64,000 bases of DNA from Macrostomum lignano. Taxonomy: Eukaryota. A model generated the notes under the pieces. The model was not told the origin of the DNA. It ran no database searches and worked only from the letters and a program-made list of their open reading frames with translations. The position numbers and the translations under genes are program-made. This document shows positions 11,360 to 29,847 of this stretch, one piece after another (the first letter of the stretch is position 1; each line of letters begins with the position of its first letter). The DNA lies in the NCBI GenBank assembly GCA_002269645.1, contig NIVC01000112.1, positions 516,520 to 580,519 on the forward strand, written 5' to 3'.

Positions 11360-11605
11360 TCAGCCATAAATCACGCGCCTCCGGTATCCGTGCCTCTTCA
11401 GATAGCGCTTGTAGGCGCGCTTCAGCTTGCGCTTGAAGCGCCTGTAGCGGCCTTTAGCCTGCAGGTGCTCGACCTCATCGCTCTCCATGGCCTCCTGCAG
11501 CTGGGCGAGCTCGGCCAGGTCCGAGTCCTCGGCCTCGGCCGACGGCGACGCCATGACGGCCACGGCGACGCAGGCGAGCAGAAGAGCGGCCAGCTGCCAC
11601 TTCAT
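11360..11605 (-). CDS. Secreted prepropeptide 2, paralogue of 7483-7782 (candidate amidated antimicrobial peptide)
   Basis: 81 aa: MKWQLAALLLACVAVAVMA / SPSAEAEDSD...HLQAK / GRYRRFKRKLKRAYKRYLKRHGYRRRVIYG*. Same MKWQ start, A-SP cleavage context, Lys before the cationic block and YG* end as gene 1. Confidence 0.88.
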   Translation of the reverse strand: MKWQLAALLLACVAVAVMASPSAEAEDSDLAELAQLQEAMESDEVEHLQAKGRYRRFKRKLKRAYKRYLKRHGYRRRVIYG

Positions 11606-11700
11606 GCTGATTGATGCTGCTGATGCTGCGGAAATTCAACGAGAACAGCGGCGATTCAGACCTCCCAGTCAGCTGATAATGGAAGTGAAGCTGGGCGCCA

Positions 11701-11706
11701 TTTATA
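11701..11706 (-). promoter_or_regulatory. TATA box of Arg-rich peptide gene 2
   Basis: TATAAA on the minus strand, 95 nt upstream of ATG 11605. Confidence 0.6.
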
Positions 11707-12220
11707 GCCTGTTCTGAGCACGTTTTCTGAGCAGACCTACGACACGGGAGGCGCCTGCATGCGAAATGCCCCCGAGTGTGATTAAGAAGCGGATTGAACC
11801 GGCTTTTTATTCCTCGCTGGGCAAGTGAGTGTTAAACTCAGCGAGACGAAAGTGCCAAGGGCACTGACAAACAACGATACAATTAATACGTATGGGGTAC
11901 GATTGGGGTGCGATTAACACTGCGTACTTTGGTCTAGTACTCGTAGTTAATGCAAATTGAGCAGTTTCTTTTCCTTTCTATTGTAGTATTGAGGCTCAAA
12001 AGTATTTAATTCTGGGGTGCACAGTGTTCTTTGCGTCAGATAGGGCCTCACGTGTTTGCGTGATGATGAAATTTTATGACAGCAGGAGACAATAATTATA
12101 TATTGCTGGAAGCAAGGTACGGTATGTTTCAAAACTTCTGTAAATAAATATTGACAAGTATGGAAGGATTTCATAAAGATGAGATACAGAAACGAATGAG
12201 AGGAGATAGCAAGGAAAGGA

Positions 12221-13460
12221 GTGAGATAGATTCGAAATAGGGTGAGATAGATTCAGAATGGAGTGAACACCCTTGCAAAAGTTGGTGCCTCCGGCTCCTC
12301 TCTCGGCCCCGAACCTCTTGTCCCGATTCCTGGCTGTGTCATCGACTCGCGCATCAAAGCGTGGATCAGGACTCTCCAGAGGCGCTGTCCCTCAGCCCTC
12401 TCACCAGCTCCGGAAGCTCCTCTTGCGCCTCTCGCGCAGAGACATCCGGGCTGCCACCATGACCCTCTCTGGTCACGGCTGCTTCTCCAGGCACCAGTAC
12501 CTGCAGGGCAACGCCACCAACGCCACCTGTAGTTTCTGCAACTCAGGTGACGAAACCGCTGAGCATTTCGTCAGCATCTGTCCCGCCTTCACGCGGGCCA
12601 GACTCACTTACCTCGGGCCACACACATCTATTACTGAAGCGTGCAAACCCGAAAACTTTAATCAGCTCATGCGCTACCTTCGGGCCACCCGCAGGGCTGA
12701 ACTCTCCTTTCCAGAGAGCACCATAGCTGCTGGCGACACTGGGGGACCTCCCTGGGCGGCGCCAACCCTCCGTCCATAGCGACGCGTCGGCCGTTCAGGG
12801 ACTAGCGGAATGGGCGCCCGCGCCTTCCCGCTGTGTCCCCTCCGGGACAGCCCTGCAGCTAAGTCAAGTAAGTCAAAGTGAGATAGATTTGAAATAAGTC
12901 GAGATAGATTCGGAATGGGGTGAGATAGATTCGGAATGGGGTGAGATAGATTCGGAATGGGGTGAGATAGATTCGGACTGAGGTGAGATAGATTCGGAAT
13001 GGGGTGAGCTAGACTGAATATAGGGTGAGATAGATTCAGAATGGGGTGAGATAGATTCGAAATAAGTCGAGGTAGATTCGGAATAAGTCGAGATAGATTC
13101 GGAATGGGGTGAGATAGATTCGGAATGGGGTGAGATAGATTCGGAATGGGGTGAGATAGATTCGAAATGGGTCGAGATAGATTCGAAATGGGGTGAGATA
13201 GATTCGGAATGGGGTGAGATAGATTGGGAATGGGGTGAGATAGATTGGGAATGGGGTGAGATAGATTGGGAATGGGGTGAGATAGATCTGGAACGGAATG
13301 AGATAGATTCGAAATGGGATGAGATACATTCGGAATGAGGTGAGGTAGATTCAAGATGAGGTGAGATAGATTCCGAATAGGTTGAGGTGCCCACAGAAAT
13401 GCCCACAGAGGTCGAGATAGATTCGGAATGGGGTGAGATAGTTTCGGAATGGAATGAGAT
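12221..13460. repeat. 21-bp minisatellite (GAGATAGATTCGGAATGGGGT), split by the LINE insertion
   Basis: Units present on both sides of 12267-12876. Confidence 0.9.
12267..12876 (+). mobile_element. 5'-truncated non-LTR retrotransposon (LOA/Lian-like), copy 2, inserted into a minisatellite
   Basis: TLAKVGASGSSLGPEPLVPI (frameshift) ...LSRRDIR...SGHG...CSFCNSGDETAEHFVSICP...LRATRR. Tail AAGTCAAGTAAGTCAA. Possible TSD AGTGA at 12262-12266 and 12877-12881. 3' UTR motifs shared with copy 1. Confidence 0.85.
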
Positions 13461-14035
13461 GGGATAATAACTCGTATTGAAAGAGGATTTATAACTGATT
13501 CATAAGGGAACAAGTAGGATTAGTAGGAATAATCTTAATTGAAATGATGCTTCATCAAACGAAACAAAAGGAACCAAAAGGTTCAAGTTCGGCAGACTCC
13601 TTCAATCCAAAAAATCTGCTCTCAGACAGAATTAGAAGGATAATGGAGCCACCCTGTCTTGACTGCCGCACTTGGCAGTGAGAAGGAGCAGCATCACCCC
13701 ATGCAGATGCTGGAGTGGGTCGCGAATGGCGCCACTCGTTGCGAACTCTCAAGGCCCTACGTTAGAGTCGGTGCAGAAAAGTATGCTGCATCGCCTCATT
13801 GTCAGTTTTATTTTTAATTGCTTCTGTCTGCTGGCCTTACTGTCAAATTGTTTGCATGCTTTGTGAGCTCTAACTGGAAATGAAAGAATAGAAAAAACTT
13901 TATTGCTTGAGCACAATTTACTGGGTCTGCCTGCAACGCACTCATCAGGCATCTTCGTGGCTCCTCTACAGGCACGTTTTCAAGTTTAGTTTCTCAAAAC
14001 AACGTGAGACAAGTTTGGGGTTGGTGAGCGAACTC

Positions 14036-14600
<565 letters not shown>

Positions 14601-15284
14601 GTAGATGAATTTCTTACCCTAAATTACACTTTTCTAAATGGCAGCTGACTAAATTTGCATCTTACTACTGTAAGTAGAATAGTTTAATCGCGCCGTTGAT
14701 AAATTGGCAATTGCAGGAAAAAGAATCAAGTTTTTATGTTCGCAGATTTTGAGCTGAATACTTGATGCGGGGCGATGCGGATGCTGCTGGAGTAGCCCAA
14801 TGCAATTACTCAGCTCCTGCTCGCTCAGTTTTTATCAGAAAATTTGCCTCCCGTTGAGTGACACACGAAAGGTTGGGAAGGGGAAGAACACCGCTAGATT
14901 AGGGCCAAGGCTGCTGGGTACCGGCTTATCTGCCTGCTCCAGTGCGAGCAGGGGCTCCCGGTTCATTTCAAGAAACAATGTTTCAGAATTGTGTGCTCAA
15001 TAGAACTTATTTGGTTAATTTGCCTCTGTTATAAGTATACTTAGTGACAGTATTGGACATTTCTTATGGATTTAATTGCTTACTTTCCTGATCAAGCTGA
15101 TCTGCGGTCTATATTGGCTGAGAAAATACATTGCCTTGCAAAGAGCAAACAGCATAATAAGTACTTTGGCACTGATACTAGATTTTCTCGTTTTTGCCTA
15201 AATTCATGCGACAGAATTTCCTATGTTGCTCCACTATTTTTGGAGGGCCTCAGAATCGAATGGCTTCTAAATCTTTACTGCAGC

Positions 15285-16040
15285 ACCCACCTCACTCCAC
15301 ATCGCTTTTAACCCCCCACCGCAGCATCCACCTCACTCCACATCGCTTTTAACCCCCACCCCAGCACCCACCTCACTCCGTATCCATTTTAACCCCCCAC
15401 CGCAGCACCCACCTCACTCCGCATCGCTTCTAACCCCCCACCGCAGCACCCACCTCACTCCACATCACTTTTAACCCCCACCTCAGCACCCACCCCACTC
15501 CGTATCCATTTCAACCCCCCACCGCAGCACCCACCTCACTCCGTATCCATTTTACCCCCCCACCGCAGCACCCACCTCACTCCGTATCCATTCTAACCCC
15601 CCACCGCAGCACCCACCTCACTCCGTATCCATTCTAACCCCCCACCGCAGCACCCACCTCACTCCGTATCCATTTTAACCCCCCACTGCAGCACCCACCT
15701 CACTCCGTATCCATTTTAACCCCCCACCCAGCACCCACCTCACTCCGTATCCATTCTAACCCCCCACCGCAGCACCCACCTCACTCCGTATCCATTTTAA
15801 CCCCCCCCACCGCAGCACCCACCTCACTCCGTATCCATTTTAACCCCCCACCCCAGCACCCACCTCACTCCGTATCCATTTTAACCCCCCACCCCAGCAC
15901 CCACCTCACTCCGTATCCATTTTAACCCCCCACCCAGCACCCACCTCACTCCGTATCCATTTTAACCCCCCACCCCAGCACCCACCTCACTCCGTATCCA
16001 TTTTAACCCCCCACCGCAGCACCCACCTCACTCCGCATCG
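15285..16040. repeat. ~43-bp C-rich minisatellite (CCCCACCGCAGCACCCACCTCACTCCGTATCCATTTTAA-like)
   Basis: Tandem units seen directly. Confidence 0.92.
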
Positions 16041-17039
16041 CCTTTAGCCATTACCACTGCATCGGCACAGTAAGCGTTGTTTTTACACTCACAAAGTTGT
16101 ACCTACCTGACCTGAAAAATCAGCGTCATCTCTCTGCGACCAGGATTCTCAGAGCTTCTTTCTCAAAGCGAACTCGTGGGCGGCGTTAATACTGTGACTA
16201 ATTTCGTGACGAACCAGTACTGAACTATCATAGGCTTTCTTGATGAAATCAACGAAAGCAAATGTGTAGAGGCAGAGGCACAATATGGTTAATGTTTTAA
16301 TTGATTTTCCGCATTCAAGCCTCGAATTTCGCATGACCCACGCAGATGCAGAAACTGATTGCTCATTGCTGGCTCTATAATATTTTGCTTCTTTGAGCAC
16401 CTCAAGCCAACCGAACCTTCCTCACAAAAGACAAAATGAAATTGCCGCGCAACTTTTGACGCAACACAAAGGCAAGGATGGGGAGATGGGTAGAAATTAA
16501 TTGAAAATCCGCACGCCACGGAGCCACTGAGCCAATGAGCTGGCCGAGCAATCTCATTGGCCGGGATCCTACTCTGCTCAAATCCTCATAAATAAAAAGG
16601 CGCCCTGAGACATCTTCGCGAGGACTGCGGTAAATTCGAGTCGTTCATTAATTTCAAGTTTTTTTCGCTCTTCCGGTACTCGCCAAAGAAGGGGTCGAAC
16701 TTAGGGATACAATTGCCGCCTGTGCAGGTGAGTTGAATGCAGTCTTCTCCTAGATGCATTGCCTCTCCGCTGGACAGTGGATCCACGGATTTCCCTGGGG
16801 GCATTTTTAATCTCATTAAATATTTATGATTTGAACGGAAAAATCTTTTCAAGCTTTAAATGATCGCGGGTCAAGTTTCTAGGGCAAATTCTTAGTTTCG
16901 AATTTCGCATGCTGGTCTGATGAGGAAGAGCTTGAGAAGTTTTCGAGTGGCGTTACGAGAATTGCTGGCTTCTCGCCTTATAAGGATTGTGTGAGGTGCG
17001 CTGCTGGGTGGGCAGGGAGTGAGAAGAAGAGGACGAAGA

Positions 17040-17540
17040 AGGGTGAGAGATAAGGGAGAGTAAGGAGCAGAGAAATTATGGAGGGTAAGGAGGGTGAGAG
17101 ATGAGGGAGGGTAAGAAGGGTGAGAGATGAGGGAGGGTAACGAGGGTGAGAGATGAGGGAGGGTAAGGAGGGTGAGAGATGAGGGAGGGTAAGGAGAAGG
17201 AGAGATGAGGGAGGGTAAGGAGGGTGAGAGATGAGGGAGGGTAACGAGGGTGAGAGATGAGGGAGGGTACGGAGGGTGAGAGATGAGGGAGGGTAAGGAG
17301 AAGGAGAGATGAGGGAGGGTAAGGAGGGTGAGAGATGAGGGAGGGTAAGGAGAAGGAGAGATGAGGGAGGGTAAGGAGGGTGAGAGATGAGGGAGGGTAA
17401 GGAGAAGGAGAGATGAGGGAGGGTAAGGAGGGTGAGAGATGAGGGAGGGTAACGAGGGTGAGAGATGAGGGAGGGTACGGAGGGTGAGAGATGAGGGAGG
17501 GTAAGGAGAAGGAGAGATGAGGGAGGGTAAGGAGGGAGAA
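17040..17540. repeat. Purine-rich ~26-bp minisatellite (GAGGGAGGGTAAGGAGGGTGAGAGAT)
   Basis: Tandem units seen directly. Confidence 0.9.
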
Positions 17541-18189
17541 AATGACTGAAAGATGGAAGATTAGGAAATGCAGGTCGAGAAGGGAGGGAGACAGGGAGAA
17601 GGAGAGAGAAGGGAGAGATTTGGTGGGATAGACAACGATTCGCAGGCAGAGGTAGAACAGGCAGGGCCACCTGTCCCTATATCCATAGCAACCATCCGGT
17701 ACGCGAGAATCTCAAGCCCCCATTCGCTCTCCCAAAAAAGGAGTTGGCGATCAGGAGGGCGCACTAGAGGTCGACTATGTGAGATAATGAACTGCGAGGC
17801 ACCATGAGGTTGCTACTTTGAATGAATTTAGCACTAACTGACGGAGTCTAGGAGACAGAGAGACACAGGAGATTAATGAGTGAAGATGTGTGTGTGATGG
17901 AAGATGTGTGTGATGGAAGATGTGTGTGTGTGTGTGTGTGTGTGCTTGGCTCCTTCCGCAGTGAAAGATCTTCCCAAAAGGAAGCCGCGCTCGGTGAACA
18001 AAGCAGAACTGAAACAGGAGATGGTCTTGCGTGGGTGTGCTAAGCAGTGACGATACAGTCTGTGTGCGCTGCTTGCAGATACGGAAGGCTGACAGGAAGC
18101 CAAATTTATTAACTGCGTTAGGAATTACGCGTCTTTTGAGCCATAAATAATTATCTATTGATCTACGGATTTCATTTTGTTACTGTTAG

Positions 18190-21009
18190 TGACTGCTCAA
18201 TCAGTCACTCTCAATCAGTCGCTCTCAATCAGTCACTCTCAATCAGTCACTCTCAATCAGTCACTCTCAATCAGTCACTCTCAATCAGTCACTCTCAATC
18301 AGTCACTCTCAATCAGTCGCTCTCAATCAGTTACTCTCAATCAGTCACTCTCACTCAATCAGTCACTCTCAACCAGTCACTCTCAATCAGTCACTCTCAA
18401 TCAGTCGCTCTCAATCAGTCACTCTCAATCAGTCACTCTCAATCAGTCACTCTCAATCAGTCACTCTCAATCAGTCGCTCTCAATCAGTTACTCTCAATC
18501 AGTCACTCTCACTCAATCAGTCACTCTCAACCAGTCACTCTCAATCAGTCACTCTCAATCAGTCACTCTCAATCAGTCACTCTCAATCAGTCACTCTCAA
18601 CCAGTCACTCTCAATCAGTCACTCTCAATCAGTCACTCTCAATCAGTCACTCTCAATCAGTTACTCTCAATCAGTCACTCTCAATCAGTCACTCTCAATC
18701 AGTCACTCTTAATCAGTCACTCTCAATCAATCACTCTCAACCAGTCACTCTCAATCAGTCACTCTCAACCAGTCACTCTCAACCAGTCACTCTCAATCAG
18801 TTACTCTCAATCAATCACTCTCAATCAGTCACTCTCAATCAGTCACTCTCAATCAGTCACTCTCAATCAGTCACTCTCAATCAGTCACTCTCAATCAGTT
18901 ACTCTCAATCAGTCACTCTCAATCAGTCACTCTCAATCAGTCACTCTTAATCAGTCACTCTCAATCAGTCACTCTCAATCAGTCACTCTCAATCAGTCAC
19001 TCTCAATCAGTCACTCTCAATCAGTCACTCTCAATCAGTCACTCTCAATCAGTCACTCTCAATCAGTCACTCTCAATCAGTCACTCTCAATCAGTCACTC
19101 TCAATCAGTCACTCTCAATCAGTCACTCTCAATCAGTCACTCTCAATCAGTCACTCTCAATCAGTCACTCTCAATCAGTCACTCTCAATCAGTCACTCTC
19201 AATCAGTCACTCTCAATCAGTCACTCTCAATCAGTCACTCTCAATCAGTCACTCTCAATCAGTCACTCTCAATCAGTCACTCTCAATCAGTCACTCTCAA
19301 TCAGTCACTCTCAATCAGTCACTCTCAATCAGTCACTCTCAATCAGTCATTCTCAATCAGTCACTCTCAATCAGTCACTCTCAATCAGTCACTCTCAATC
19401 AGTCACTCTCAATCAGTCACTCTCAATCAGTCACTCTCAACCAGTTACTCTCAATCAGTCACTCTCAATCAGTCACTCTCAATCAGTCACTCTCAATCAG
19501 TCACTCTCAATCAGTCACTCTCAATCAGTCACTCTCAATCAGTCACTCTCAATCAGTCACTCTCAATCAGTCACTCTCAATCAGTCACTCTCAATCAGTC
19601 ACTCTCAATCAGTCACTCTCAATCAGTCACTCTCAATCAGTCACTCTCAATCAGTCACTCTCAATCAGTCACTCTCAATCAGTCACTCTCAATCAGTCAC
19701 TCTCAATCAGTCACTCTCAATCAGTCACTCTCAACCAGTTACTCTCAATCAGTCACTCTCAATCAGTCACTCTCAATCAGTCACTCTCAATCAGTCACTC
19801 TCAATCAGTCACTCTCAATCAGTCACTCTCAATCAGTCACTCTCAATCAGTCACTCTCAATCAGTCACTCTCAACCAGTTACTCTCAATCAGTCACTCTC
19901 AATCAGTCACTCTCAATCAGTCACTCTCAATCAGTCACTCTCAATCAGTCACTCTCAATCAGTCACTCTCAATCAGTCACTCTCAATCAGTCACTCTCAA
20001 TCAGTCTCTCTCAATCAGTCACTCTCAATCAGTCACTCTCAATCAGTCACTCTCAATCAGTCACTCTCAATCAGTCACTCTCAATCAGTCACTCTCAATC
20101 AGTCACTCTCAATCAGTCACTCTCAATCAGTCACTCTCAATCAGTCACTCTCAATCAGTCACTCTCAATCAGTCACTCTCAATCAGTCACTCTCAATCAG
20201 TCACTCTCAATCAGTCACTCTCAATCAGTCACTCTCAATCAGTCACTCTCAATCAGTCACTCTCAATCAGTCACTCTCAATCAGTCACTCTCAATCAGTC
20301 ACTCTCAATCAGTCACTCTCAATCAGTCACTCTCAATCAGTCACTCTCAATCAGTCATTCTCAATCAGTCACTCTCAATCAGTCACTCTCAATCAGTCAC
20401 TCTCAATCAGTCACTCTCAATCAGTCACTCTCAATCAGTCACTCTCAATCAGTCACTCTCAATCAGTCACTCTCAATCAGTCACTCTCAATCAATCACTC
20501 TCAATCAGTCACTCTCAATCAGTCACTCTCAATCAATCACTCTCAATCAGTCACTCTCAATCAGTCACTCTCAATCAATCACTCTCAATCAGTCACTCTC
20601 AATCAGTCACTCTCAATCAGTCACTCTCAACCAGTTACTCTCAATCAGTCACTCTCAATCAGTCACTCTCAATCAGTCACTCTCAATTAATCACTCTCAA
20701 TCAGTCACTCTCAATCAATCACTCTCAATCAGTCACTCTCAATCAGTCACTCTCAATCAGTCTCTCTCAATCAGTCACTCTCAATCAATCACTCTCAATC
20801 AGTCACTCTCAATCAGTCACTCTCAATCAGTCACTCTCAATCAGTCACTCTCAATCAGTCTCTCTCAATCAGTCACTCTCAATCAGTCACTCTCAATCAG
20901 TCACTCTCAATCAGTCACTCTCAATCAGTCACTCTCAATCAGTCACTCTCAATCAGTCACTCTCAATCAGTCACTCTCAATCAGTCACTCTAAAGCAGTC
21001 ACTCTCAAT
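18190..21009. repeat. 14-bp satellite (TCAGTCACTCTCAA), about 200 copies
   Basis: About 2.8 kb, with a near-perfect core and more variant units at the edges. Confidence 0.98.
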
Positions 21010-21089
21010 TCCTACAATGCGACATTGCCAACCGGAATTCGCGCAGGTCACTCGAAGTCAAACTCGAATCAACCACAAGCTCGGCAGCC

Positions 21090-26224
<5,135 letters not shown>

Positions 26225-26472
26225 AGGAGGCAGGTTGTGCTGCGCCTCAAGTCTCTGTCTGACTCTGAACATCCTTCTTCCTTCTCCACTTTCCTCCCCA
26301 AAGCATGCCGGAACTCGATGGGAAAAGTTGCTAATTGGCTTCTCAGCGATCTCAAATTGTAGTAGCAAAAATTAATGGACTCGAACAAGCTGCCCTTCTC
26401 CTTCCTCTCCTAAGGCATTGTTGAATATAATTTTCTGTTTTTGACATTGAAACGTACTCTGTTGATCTTTTG

Positions 26473-27719
26473 GCTGCACGAACCCTCTCGAACTGTGACT
26501 CTGAATGCTAACATCTTCAGGTCAAAATAAAACTTTATCATTCTTCGGATTTCAACAAGATTGGTGGAGACTGTTGAGTTGCCACCCTGACTGCGAATTT
26601 AAACTGATTTGTGCTCTGAGGCAACGATTTGCTCCTTCCATACTGAATGATTTTGGGGGCGGAAGTAATGAAGGCCAGGGGCGGATATTGGGGGCGGAAC
26701 TGAGGGAGGTTAGGGGCGGATATTGGGGGCGGAACTGAGGTAGGATAGGGGCGGATATTGAGGCGGAACTGAGGGAGGTTAGGGGCGGATATTGGGGGCG
26801 GAACTGAGGGAGGTTAGGGGCGGATATTGGGGGCGGAACTGAGGTAGGATAGGGGCGGATATTGGGGCGGAACTGAGGGAGGTTAGGGGCGGATATTGGG
26901 GGCGGAACTGAGGGAGGATAGGGGCGGATATTGAGGCGGAACTGAGGGAGGTTAGGGGCGGATATTGGGGGGCGGAACTGAGGGAGGTTAGGGGCGGATA
27001 TTGGGAGCGGAACTGAGGGAGGCTAGGGAGGGATATTGAGGTATTGAGGGGCGGAATCAATAAATATCGTGGTACGAGTATAGGGCAAGCAAGAAAATGT
27101 ACAAAATGTTGAGCTTTTTACGATAAAAACAAACAAATACGTACGAGCTGCACGAACCCTCTCGAACTGTGACTCTGAATGCTAACATCTTCAGGTCAAA
27201 ATAAAACTTTATCATTCTTCGGATTTCAACCAGATTGGTGGAGACTGTTGAGTTGCCACCCTGACTGCGAATTTAAACTGATTTGTGCTCTGAGGCAACG
27301 ATTTGCTCCTTCCATACTGAATGATTTTGGGGGCGGAAGTAATGAAGGCCAGGGGCGGATATTGGGGGCGGAACTGAGGGAGGTTAGGGGCGGATATTGG
27401 GGGCGGAACTGAGGTAGGATAGGGGCGGATATTGGGGCGGAACTGAGGGAGGTTAGGGGCGGATATTGGGGGCGGAACTGAGGGAGGATAGGGGCGGATA
27501 TTGGGGCGGAACTGAGGGAGGTTAGGGGCGGATATTGGGGGGCGGAACTGAGGGAGGTTAGGGGCGGATATTGGGGGCGGAACTGAGGGAGGATAGGGGC
27601 GGATATTGGGGGCGGAACTGAGGGAGGTTAGGGGCGGATATTGGGAGCGGAACTGAGGGAGGCTAGGGAGGGATATTGAGGTATTGAGGGGCGGAATCAA
27701 TAAATATCGTGGTACGAGT
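26473..27719. repeat. Local tandem duplication (about 600 bp x 2), each copy holding a 35-bp G-rich minisatellite
   Basis: 26473-27079 is nearly identical to 27147-27719. Unit AGGGGCGGATATTGGGGGCGGAACTGAGGGAGGTT. Confidence 0.95.
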
Positions 27720-27903
27720 TATTATCACTTTTGTGCATTGCAGCAAAGATGCAATTAAAGCAGAAAAAGTAAGAAATGATATTTTATGTGAGTGCTACGG
27801 CTACTTCTTTAAAATGCGATAATGCGTGGCTGACATTGCGATACAATATTAGCTCTCAACTCATCTGCACCCGTATTGTAAACAATGTCACTTTTTGAAG
27901 TAT

Positions 27904-28165
<262 letters not shown>

Positions 28166-28669
28166 CTAGATAGGTGCGCAGTTGCCGGCAGACAAAGTGT
28201 CAAATGCACTGCCGCATGCCATCGAGCCAGGTAAATCTGGGCCTATGAAATAATCCCCCTCGCCACGCAGGCCCCTGGAGCCCCCTTCTCTCTCTGGCGC
28301 TCAGATAAAAGCAGCGGCTGTGACGCAGCCGACAGCCAAAGATGGAAAAGTTGCACCCGCGCACCCCTCCATCTCGTGCTTTAATTCGGGCATAAGAATC
28401 CCAACCCCCCTGCCCGGTATCCGACCGCGCCTGGAGGGAGTTGCTCAGTGCTTTGTGAAAGAATGCTATTAACCGGCTCTAGAAGCGAGCTGTCACGCTC
28501 CCAACTTTGTCACTTCTATCAAGAATTATCAATTTGTCTGAAACCACCGAGTAATTGCCGAACTTGCGGACTGAGTTCGCGTCTTTGGGACGCTTTTTCC
28601 ATCATTAATTTCTTTTAAAAGCCCACTTTAATTCCGCTTTTGGATAGCACGTCTCGGCTTGAAGACGTC

Positions 28670-28952
28670 AAATTCAGAACAGGAGATGCTGAATTCAGAA
28701 CAAGAGGCACCGAATTCAGAACAAGAGGCACCGAATTCAGAACAAGAGGCACCGAATTCAGAACAAGAGGCACCGAATTCGGAACAAGAGGCACCGAATT
28801 CAGAACAAGAGGCACCGAATTCAGAACAGGAGATGCTGAATTCAGAACAAGAGGCACCGAATTCAGAACAAGAGGCACCGAATTCAGAACAAGAGGCACC
28901 GAATTCAGAACAAGAGGCACCGAATTCAGAACAAGAGGCACCGAATTCAGAA
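28670..28952. repeat. 21-bp minisatellite (GAATTCAGAACAAGAGGCACC)
   Basis: About 13 units, open in several frames on both strands. Confidence 0.93.
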
Positions 28953-29254
28953 CATTTTTCTAAATATTTTATTGCTTTTAGTAATAGACACAATCGCAAG
29001 CAATTATGCAATAAACATGTCTATATTTACAAACTAAAATTGAATTAAAGAAATATAATCGATAGTGTCTGTATAATCACATCGTTGACTGTTCGTCAGT
29101 TTAACTAATCAAGGAAAAATTAAAAATTGAATGTTATTTATTTTTATTCTTCAATATATATTTTTAGAAATAACTTCTTTATTGAAAAAAATTAGAAAGA
29201 TTAAAACAAAAGACAAAAAATAGTCTATCAGTGATTCAATATTTTAAACTGCAT

Positions 29255-29818
29255 CTTGACCCCAATGCTACCTGACCCCAATGCTACCTGACCCCAATGC
29301 TACCTGACCCCAATGCTACCTGACCCCAATGCTACCTGACCTCAATACTACCTGACCCCAATACTACCTGACCCCAATACTACCTGACCCCAATACTACC
29401 TGACCCCAATACTACCTGACCCCAATACTACCTGACCCCAATACTACCTGACCCCAATGCTACCTGACCCCAATACTACCTGACCCAATACTACCTGACC
29501 CCAATACTACCTGACCCCAATACTACCTGACCCCAATACTACCTGACCCCAATACTACCTGACCCCAATACTACCTGACCCCAATACTACCTGACCCCAA
29601 TACTACCTGACCCCAATACTACCTGACCCCAATACTACCTGACCCCAATACTACCTGACCCCAATACTACCTGACCCCAATGCTACCTGACCCCAATACT
29701 ACCTGACCCCAATGCTACCTGATCCCAATGCTACCTGATCCCAATACTACCTGACCCCAATGCTACCTGACCCCAATACTACCTGACCCCAATGCTACCT
29801 GACCCCAATACTACCCGA
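29255..29818. repeat. 16-bp minisatellite (TACTACCTGACCCCAA)
   Basis: Direct inspection; ends about 30 nt past the stop codon of the minus-strand gene. Confidence 0.95.
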
Positions 29819-29847
29819 CCCCCGCAGTGGCAGCAGGAGTCATTAGC

